From: a virus
Strand: one strand, 5' to 3'
DNA: 64,000 nt
Virus record (IMG/VR): IMGVR_UViG_3300025276_000023
Coordinates: 32,001 to 96,000 of that record
A model generated the notes under the pieces. That model had not been told where the DNA came from, did not search any database, and was given only the letters and a program-made list of their open reading frames with translations. The position numbers were made by a program, and so were the translations under genes. This document shows, one piece after another, positions 57,046-64,000 of this stretch (positions are counted from its first letter, which is position 1; every line of letters starts with the position of its first letter).

Positions 57046-58719
57046 ATGATTAAAAACTTTCAAAAAGAGCCCTTAAATTTAAAAATTTTACAAGTCAATA
57101 AGGAAGCTATTAAATTCATGACGCCTGTTACGGCTCCTGATATATTTGAAAGAGGTACCCATCATTTTCATCCAGATGGTCTATACTCTACAGATATATT
57201 TGGACAAGTCGGTTCAGACGAAAGGAAAGAAGTATTTTCTTACATTGACCTTAAAAATGAAGTATTACATCCGCTACTGCTAGAAGCCCTAAATGATCTA
57301 AAGAAAAATCTTTACTTAGGAATGATGGCAGGTACAGTAAAAGCAATCTGGGATGACGAAGAAAAGAACTTTGTCAAAAACGATTCTGATGCTGCACAAA
57401 CGGGCTATGAGTTCTTTATGTCTAAACGAGCAGAAATTGTTCATAAGCAAACTGGTTCTGATGAACGAGCAATAAAGATTAAGTTACTTCAACTTTATGA
57501 AGAACAGTCTTTAATGCGTTATCATTTAATCATGCCTGCCGCTTATAGAGACATGGAGATAAAAGACAATCAACAACGTGTTGATAACGAAATAAATGAT
57601 TTATATCGTCGTCTAATCTCAGCTACTAATGTAATGATTGCTACACAAGATAAAGCACCTTACGATGTACCTCGCTGGACTGTACAGAGAACAGCTCGTG
57701 ATATATTCGATATGATCATGCGAATCCTAAAAGGTAAGCGTGGTGTGATGCAGAAGAAGTATGGTCGACGTACTACCCGTAACAGTACACGTAACGTGGT
57801 AACGGCGATGGACCCATCTTCTCGTTATTTAAAAGACCCTAGAAACCCAACGCTTAAAGATACAAACATCAGTTTCATTCAAACTTTGTTTGGTGCGTTG
57901 CCATTTACTCTTCGGGGTCTAAAATTAAGTATCTTAGAAGAAGTGTTTCCTTCTGGCATTGAAGAAGATGATGTTTGGCTAGTTAATGCTAAAACGATGA
58001 AACGTGAACTGGTTGAGCTAGATGCTGATACAGTAGATAAATACGCGACAACAGAAGGTCGTAAGAAACTATTGCAGCGGTTCTTTAATAAGAAGCTTCG
58101 TAATAAACCGATTAAGATATCAGGTTATTATTTAGCCCTTGTTTATGAAGATGAGACAACCTTTAAAGTAATTCAAGATATCGATGAGTTACCTGCTGGT
58201 TACGTTGCATCTAAAGTTACTCCGATGACATTAGGCGATTTATTATACATTGCCTGTTATCCTCAGTACGGTGATAAGTACGGGACAATGACTCGTTACC
58301 CTATTACCGAAGATGGTTCTGTATTTCCAACGCGTTACCGTGTAACCACCACTGTAAAAACTAGTTTAAAGCACCAATTAAATGATAACTGGGAACCGGA
58401 TGTTGAATTCTATAACTTCCCAGATAGAAGCGATCGTGCAATATGGTTAAATGCTCTATCACCTCATCTATCTAGACTTGATGGTTCTGGCGGTGACTTC
58501 GATGGCGACCAATACACTTCTCCGTTCTTATTAATGGAAGACAGTGTGAACGACATTAAACGTTATTACAATACCCGTAAAGCGTATACTCGTTTAGATG
58601 GTAGCTTCTTAGCAAGTGCTGGTAACAAGAGTAATGGACTAGTAGCATTTAACTTAACACGCGATATGCGTTTTAGTAGACATGAAGAGGAACAAGACTT
58701 TGGATACTTCGATAAGTAA
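57046..58719 (+). CDS. rpoC: Virion RNA polymerase beta' subunit, catalytic fragment (phiKZ gp180-like)
   Basis: FHPDGLYSTDIFG, GKRG, RYP and the catalytic GGDFDGD motif. Confidence 0.92.
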   Translation: MIKNFQKEPLNLKILQVNKEAIKFMTPVTAPDIFERGTHHFHPDGLYSTDIFGQVGSDERKEVFSYIDLKNEVLHPLLLEALNDLKKNLYLGMMAGTVKAIWDDEEKNFVKNDSDAAQTGYEFFMSKRAEIVHKQTGSDERAIKIKLLQLYEEQSLMRYHLIMPAAYRDMEIKDNQQRVDNEINDLYRRLISATNVMIATQDKAPYDVPRWTVQRTARDIFDMIMRILKGKRGVMQKKYGRRTTRNSTRNVVTAMDPSSRYLKDPRNPTLKDTNISFIQTLFGALPFTLRGLKLSILEEVFPSGIEEDDVWLVNAKTMKRELVELDADTVDKYATTEGRKKLLQRFFNKKLRNKPIKISGYYLALVYEDETTFKVIQDIDELPAGYVASKVTPMTLGDLLYIACYPQYGDKYGTMTRYPITEDGSVFPTRYRVTTTVKTSLKHQLNDNWEPDVEFYNFPDRSDRAIWLNALSPHLSRLDGSGGDFDGDQYTSPFLLMEDSVNDIKRYYNTRKAYTRLDGSFLASAGNKSNGLVAFNLTRDMRFSRHEEEQDFGYFDK

Positions 58720-61700
58720 TTTAGTTGCTTCTATGGAGGCAATACGTTATTCCGACTGGTACAAGCGTCGTGGTATACGTCGAGTAGATGAACTCAAACA
58801 ACTCAAGTTAATTAATGAAGAAAGCTTTGAATTGCCAAGAGAGTCGATTGTTCATTACATGACTAACAATCCAAATGAATTGGGTATTCATGTTAATAAC
58901 TTTCTGATTAGACAAAGCACTGGGTTCATTGGTATTGAACATGTTAAGAAATACACAACGATGGAAGGCTCGCCTATTAAGGTTCCTATCGATGTTAACG
59001 GTTTAACGCGTAAATATAAAAATGCTAACCGTGACATTCGTCCTATCGTGAACTTTGATTCGATTGTTAAAAATCCAGAAAACGTAATTATCATTAACTA
59101 CGCTTTACTGAATCAATTGTATTCTTATCGCCAATCGTATTTGTCTAGCTATTATAAGTTTGAAAACATTACAAACACATTGATAGATAACATCAATAAA
59201 TATTCTGAGCTTAGTACACGCAATCAGTTTATCAATTTATCATTACCTGACCAAGTGCCGACCTACGTACAGTTTAAAGCATTGAAAGATTCAATGAATA
59301 GTACATCACTTGCACCTTTCAACCGTCAGTCTACATTGATAATCTTAGAGCTTTATAAATGGATATCTGAGGATAGAGAAGATTCTATCTTTAACCGTTT
59401 AGATGAAGCTGCTATTGATAAAGTGAATCTTGTATTTACTGAATCGGGTAAGTCAAGTATTTTAAATCTAGGTAATCTTAATAAATGGCGTAAGTCACTT
59501 GAGAACCCAGATGGTAAATTTGCACCTACTCAATTGAACCATATCTTTTTAAGTTTCATTCGTGCCATGGCAGCGATTCGTTTGCTAGGTAAAGAAGATG
59601 TTAACTCTATTGATATCTCTGACGATATCTCTAAAGCTGAGTTAGCTGATTTAGATGTTGTTCTTGAAGAAGAGGTTGAAGAGTACGATGAAGATGGTGA
59701 GTTGGTATCTGACTCATCTAGTGACTTCACTGACTCAGGCGACATTAGCTCAACCATAGACAAAGAAGAAGTCTATGAAGATAAGTTTGGTAAAACAGCA
59801 GGGGACTTAACCAAAGGGGTTGATGAAACAGAGCTAGTTAAAACGCTACTGCCTTCAATCCGTGATAAAGTATCTACAGGTGAGATTACTGAGAAACAAG
59901 CTAAGCGTTACGTTAAGCTTGCGTCTGAATCACTTAAGATAGCTGACCCATACGGCGGTAATGAAAACATAGGCGAGTTACTAGCTGGCTATAAAGACAC
60001 TATCAATAAATTATCAGTTACTAAAATTCCTGATAAGAAAACAGTCATTGATAAATCTATGCTTGAGTCTAAACTACCTAACATAACTAAAGACTATGTT
60101 AAGTATAAGTTAAAGTCTGACATAGTTGCTTCTGTATACGCTCTACAGAACGATGGTTACATTATCCGTGATTACAGCATTGATGACATTAAAGATGTTC
60201 ACAATGAAATAGAGATCCATACAGTTCGCGTTGAAACAATTGGCGGCGATGTATCTACTATCAAATTTAAAGTACCTGTCATTCGTGAAGATGGTACTTA
60301 CTTCATAGGTGGTGTTAAATACTATCTTCGTAAAGGTCGTCGTGATGTTCCTATACGTAAAGTAAAACCATGGAAAGCATTTCTTACTAGTTACCATTCT
60401 AAACTACCATTCATTAAATCACAGAAAGTGGTTGATGACTACGCTGGTTGGATGAGAAAACAAATAGAGAAGCTTTCTCGTAACGATGAACATCCATTAA
60501 CGATACTAGAGTCTCGTGATGTTTTTGATCATCTGGTTAAACTCCCTCGTTTCTATACGATGATTTCTAAAGGTATTGTTGAAGTAGATGTTGCTGGTTT
60601 AAAACTTAACTTTGAATATGCGGATGCTGTTGAGAAATACGGTGAAGCAGTAGTTGAGAAGTTTACTAAAGGTGGCGAGATGATCATCGGTAAACGTGAC
60701 GGCGAATATATACTGGTTGATGATGCTGGTCTGGTACGTTCTGCTCAAGTGGGTAAGAAAGGTACAATGATGGGCAGTCTATTAGATGTTCTACAGATAC
60801 CAGAAGAAGTTCAGCTTAAAGCACCGGTTGATAAAGTGCAAGTAAGTATCGTTGGTAAGAAAGTTCCTGTCTGTGCACTTATAGCTTACAGATTCGGACT
60901 TGAGAATCTTATCAATGCACTGAAGCTTACTTACCGTCGTGTTCCTAAAGGGACGCGTTTAAAGATGGGTCCTGATGAATACGCTGTTGCTTTTGCTAGC
61001 GATACGCTTATATTCAGACGTGAAGAATACTTAGGTCAATTAATCATGGGTAGCTTGAATGCTGCTAAAGATGCACTTAAGTTATTTGAGCTAGAAGACT
61101 TTAATAGTCGTGATGAAATCTGGGGTGATGTTCTACAACGCATGGGTTACGGTCCACGTGTATATCGTGAGTTCGAAAGTCTTTACAACATTTGGTTAGA
61201 TCCAATGACAGTTCAGGCTCTAGAGATTATGAAAGAACCAACCAAGTTCCGTCCTCTAGTTATACGTGCAGTTGAAATACTTACCACTGATTGGCACTTA
61301 AAAGAAATGCATGGTTCTGGTTTCATGACTAAAGGTTATGAACGTGTAGCTGGCTTTATCTATAAGAACCTCTCAGACAGCGTGAGAACGCAAAAGGCAA
61401 GACAGACGAGTAAGAAGTTGGATATGAATCCAAATGCCGTCTGGGAAGAGTTTGAGAAGGATACGTCTAAACAGATAGTTGAAGAATCAAACCCAGTGCA
61501 AAACTTAAAAGAAATGTCGAACCTTACGTTTAGTGGTACGGGTGGTCAAACATCTAGAATCATGGTTAAACATAAACGTGAATTTGATCCTAACGATCTA
61601 GGGTTGATTTCAGAAGGGGGTGTAGATAATGGTGACGTAGGTGTTACAACCTTCCTTACTTATGATCCTAAAGTGACTAATCTATTGGGTATGGCTGATG

Positions 61701-62896
61701 AAGCTATTCCTAGTTTTGAAGACGCTGCTAAGTTCCAATCTACTAGTTTCTTAGTATCTCCTTTTGCAGACCGGGATGACGGTAAGCGCGCAGTATTTAT
61801 TGGCGTGCAAATGGCTCACGTGGTTGCATGTCAGGGTTATGAAGTATCTTTAATACGTACAGGTGGTGAAGCGGTTATTGGTAACTTAGTAGATGATATC
61901 TTTGCAGTAAAGGCTAGAAGCGCAGGTGTTATTAAACGAGTAACTAAAGATCTTATCGTTATTGAATACGACGATATCAATCTTAAAGATGACCATGTAT
62001 TTACTGGTAGACGTTACGGCGTTGTTACAGGTAAAACTATCCCACATGACATCGTAACAGATGTTGTTGTTGGTACTAAAGTATTTGAAGGTTATGTAGT
62101 TGCATGGAACGTTGGTTTCTTTGAACGTGATGTTCTAGAGCCGGGTGGTGTTCTTTGGAAACGTGGTATCCCATCAATCATTGCTCTAGTGGATGGACCT
62201 GAGACAATAGAAGATAGTTGTCGTGTAGGGTTAGATCTATCTAAGAAGTTAACTATCAATACGACAGGCATCAAAGAAATAACAGCGACGTTTGATCAGG
62301 CACTTACCGGTCTCGTTGAAGTAGGTACTGATGTTGCTACTGATTCTGTTCTTGCTTTCCTAGAAGACAGTGTTACGGCTGGTACTGATTTGTTTGATGA
62401 GTTTAGCATTCAATCCCTTAACTCAAATGCTAGACTATCGCCTAAGGCTGGTAAAGCAGGTAAAGTAAGTAAGATTGAAGTTATCTACAACGGTGATATT
62501 GAAGACGCAACTGAATCAGTTCGTAACTTGATATTGAAGTTTGATGGTGAACGTGCTAAAGATGCTCGTAAATATAAAGATGGTCGTGTAACTATTGGAC
62601 AAGCTGCTGATCTACCAATTGATACGGTTATCGTTAGAGTGTATATCGATAGTACGAATGATGCAGCTGACTGTGATAAAATAGTTGTAGGACATCAGTT
62701 GAAATCAGTTATCGGTTCTATACTGGTAGGTGAGAATAAAACCATCTACGGTGAAGACATTGACGTGTTCTTTGCACACATGGGTGTTAATGATCGAATA
62801 GTAATGAACCTTACCTATAATGGGATGTTAACGGTACTTACTGAGAAATCAAACGACCGAGCTATTGCAGCAGCTTTAGCGGTTTTAGAAAAATAA
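58682..62896 (+). CDS. rpoB: Virion RNA polymerase beta subunit, large fragment (phiKZ gp178-like)
   Basis: P...DGTYFIGG, NP...KE....T.SG.GG, SPF...DD.KR, TIEDS and DK....QLKSVI beta motifs. Confidence 0.9.
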   Translation: MKRNKTLDTSISNLVASMEAIRYSDWYKRRGIRRVDELKQLKLINEESFELPRESIVHYMTNNPNELGIHVNNFLIRQSTGFIGIEHVKKYTTMEGSPIKVPIDVNGLTRKYKNANRDIRPIVNFDSIVKNPENVIIINYALLNQLYSYRQSYLSSYYKFENITNTLIDNINKYSELSTRNQFINLSLPDQVPTYVQFKALKDSMNSTSLAPFNRQSTLIILELYKWISEDREDSIFNRLDEAAIDKVNLVFTESGKSSILNLGNLNKWRKSLENPDGKFAPTQLNHIFLSFIRAMAAIRLLGKEDVNSIDISDDISKAELADLDVVLEEEVEEYDEDGELVSDSSSDFTDSGDISSTIDKEEVYEDKFGKTAGDLTKGVDETELVKTLLPSIRDKVSTGEITEKQAKRYVKLASESLKIADPYGGNENIGELLAGYKDTINKLSVTKIPDKKTVIDKSMLESKLPNITKDYVKYKLKSDIVASVYALQNDGYIIRDYSIDDIKDVHNEIEIHTVRVETIGGDVSTIKFKVPVIREDGTYFIGGVKYYLRKGRRDVPIRKVKPWKAFLTSYHSKLPFIKSQKVVDDYAGWMRKQIEKLSRNDEHPLTILESRDVFDHLVKLPRFYTMISKGIVEVDVAGLKLNFEYADAVEKYGEAVVEKFTKGGEMIIGKRDGEYILVDDAGLVRSAQVGKKGTMMGSLLDVLQIPEEVQLKAPVDKVQVSIVGKKVPVCALIAYRFGLENLINALKLTYRRVPKGTRLKMGPDEYAVAFASDTLIFRREEYLGQLIMGSLNAAKDALKLFELEDFNSRDEIWGDVLQRMGYGPRVYREFESLYNIWLDPMTVQALEIMKEPTKFRPLVIRAVEILTTDWHLKEMHGSGFMTKGYERVAGFIYKNLSDSVRTQKARQTSKKLDMNPNAVWEEFEKDTSKQIVEESNPVQNLKEMSNLTFSGTGGQTSRIMVKHKREFDPNDLGLISEGGVDNGDVGVTTFLTYDPKVTNLLGMADEAIPSFEDAAKFQSTSFLVSPFADRDDGKRAVFIGVQMAHVVACQGYEVSLIRTGGEAVIGNLVDDIFAVKARSAGVIKRVTKDLIVIEYDDINLKDDHVFTGRRYGVVTGKTIPHDIVTDVVVGTKVFEGYVVAWNVGFFERDVLEPGGVLWKRGIPSIIALVDGPETIEDSCRVGLDLSKKLTINTTGIKEITATFDQALTGLVEVGTDVATDSVLAFLEDSVTAGTDLFDEFSIQSLNSNARLSPKAGKAGKVSKIEVIYNGDIEDATESVRNLILKFDGERAKDARKYKDGRVTIGQAADLPIDTVIVRVYIDSTNDAADCDKIVVGHQLKSVIGSILVGENKTIYGEDIDVFFAHMGVNDRIVMNLTYNGMLTVLTEKSNDRAIAAALAVLEK

Positions 62897-62900
62897 CCAC

Positions 62901-62944
62901 CATAAACAATTGCCTAGGACTTAGCTGTCCTAGGCAATTATATG
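62901..62944 (+). terminator. Hairpin terminator with CATA..TATG flanks
   Basis: AATTGCCTAGGAC ttagct GTCCTAGGCAATT. Confidence 0.75.
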
Positions 62945-62982
62945 ATTTCTAAATTTATAGAACAACCATTGAGAGGATACTC

Positions 62983-63159
62983 ATGTCAATACATACAAAC
63001 AAAAAAACCGTTACTATTGCAGCGGTTACAACTATATGCCAAGTGGCATTTCACGTTGTTACTACAGCAGGCGGCAATGAAATTGCAATGCCTGAATCGC
63101 GTGATGTTCTAGAAGACATTGCTAATGAAGTTAAACTACAGTTAGCGGAGAAAGTGTAA
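62983..63159 (+). CDS. 58-aa hypothetical protein
   Basis: Hand-translated MSIHTNKKTVTIAAVTTICQVAFHVVTTAGGNEIAMPESRDVLEDIANEVKLQLAEKV; GAGG RBS. Confidence 0.65.
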   Translation: MSIHTNKKTVTIAAVTTICQVAFHVVTTAGGNEIAMPESRDVLEDIANEVKLQLAEKV

Positions 63160-64000
63160 TGAATCGTTTCCTCACATATGGTTTAACAGTTGCAGAATAT
63201 TCAGCAATTGATATCGCACCTGTTCCAGGTTCTCCTTTAGCTCAAGCAGTTAGTATTATTACTCCTAACAAGCCAGTTGAAACAGTAGAAGAAATAGCGA
63301 CTGGTTTAGAAAGCGCAATTGATCAAACACTTATTGATTTCGTTGGTGGTTACGGTGATATCTCTGAATCTATGATTCATGACTTATTAGAAGTGTCTGG
63401 TAAACGTTTAGAATTTATTCAAACAACAGTTGCTCCTTTATCTGCTCGCTTTGCTGAAATGGTAGCAGGTAATCTTAAATCAAATTTAGATGCTACTAAC
63501 ATTATCGACTATGACATTGCTACGCATGAATTGCCTCGCATTGCAACGTCTGGTAATCTTGAAGGTATCTGTAAACAGTACATTGATACTGAAGGTTTCA
63601 AAAACGTAACTTACTCTCCATCTGCTTACTTCATAGATGAGTCAGAAGAAGTGTTAGTTAATACTTTAGAATCTGGCATTGCAGCATGGGATGAAGAAGT
63701 AAAAGAAATCCTAACAGCGGCTGGTGAAGAAGGGATGGTTAAAGCTTACAACCGTTTCTTAAACAATGTTCGTGGTACAGAAGTTGATAAAGATGGTAAC
63801 AACATTGTTACTTATCCAAACAACATCGAATACCTAAACGATTACATCCTTTGTTTCTTATTTGTTAACTCTGCTCTTTTAGGCGGATACGAAAACAAAG
63901 ACAAGATGTTACATGGTCGCTACAACATCGATACAGTGCTACGTAGTACTGCTGGTGCGCTTGGTACAGTGATTAAATCAATCATTGATATCTATGGTCG
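63159..64000 (+). CDS. Hypothetical protein of the phiKZ-like core block, truncated by the window end
   Basis: TAATG coupling, GGAG RBS; MNRFLTYGLTVAEYSAIDIAPVPGSPLAQAV..., appears open to the window end. Confidence 0.7.
   Translation, partial: MNRFLTYGLTVAEYSAIDIAPVPGSPLAQAVSIITPNKPVETVEEIATGLESAIDQTLIDFVGGYGDISESMIHDLLEVSGKRLEFIQTTVAPLSARFAEMVAGNLKSNLDATNIIDYDIATHELPRIATSGNLEGICKQYIDTEGFKNVTYSPSAYFIDESEEVLVNTLESGIAAWDEEVKEILTAAGEEGMVKAYNRFLNNVRGTEVDKDGNNIVTYPNNIEYLNDYILCFLFVNSALLGGYENKDKMLHGRYNIDTVLRSTAGALGTVIKSIIDIYG

Noticed and set aside
57046-62896. Intron, intein or homing endonuclease in the RNAP genes
   Set aside because: Both frames are continuous and of expected size; no intein termini, LAGLIDADG or HNH motif seen, and no gene lies between them.
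1-64000. tRNA/rRNA genes, transposases, reverse transcriptase or DGR, alternative genetic code
   Set aside because: No cloverleaf with T-loop motif, no relevant catalytic motifs and no TR/VR pair noticed by eye; standard code gives dense full-length ORFs using all three stops. A tRNAscan/Infernal run would be needed to exclude RNA genes firmly.

Overview
AT-rich, gene-dense segment of a phiKZ-like (Chimalliviridae-type) jumbo phage genome. The assignment rests on split multisubunit RNA polymerase genes and on gene order matching my recollection of phiKZ; gp numbers are recalled, not searched. Left end (1-8.4 kb): embedded Rz/Rz1 spanin pair, a paralogous tail-fibre cluster and a GH108 endolysin. 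8.4-26.6 kb and 44-48.2 kb: accessory, mostly + strand early regions of small hypothetical genes, organised by a recurring TATATnnT..RTGA promoter-like motif and hairpin terminators. 26.6-44 kb and 48.2-64 kb: core genes (tail spike, SbcC, RNase H, UvsX, virion RNAP beta and beta' pieces, gp181/gp182-like tail proteins). Best leads: (i) a two-gene module repeated about four times at 16.9-23.5 kb; (ii) a gp181-like tail protein whose lytic transglycosylase lacks the catalytic Glu; (iii) a second spanin-like TM plus lipoprotein pair; (iv) shared promoter and terminator repeats bounding cassettes of membrane-anchored early proteins; (v) structured RNA and micropeptide loci at 16.2, 23.6, 26.2-26.6 and 44.2-44.55 kb. 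No tRNA, rRNA, CRISPR array or transposase was seen. The host cannot be determined from the sequence.
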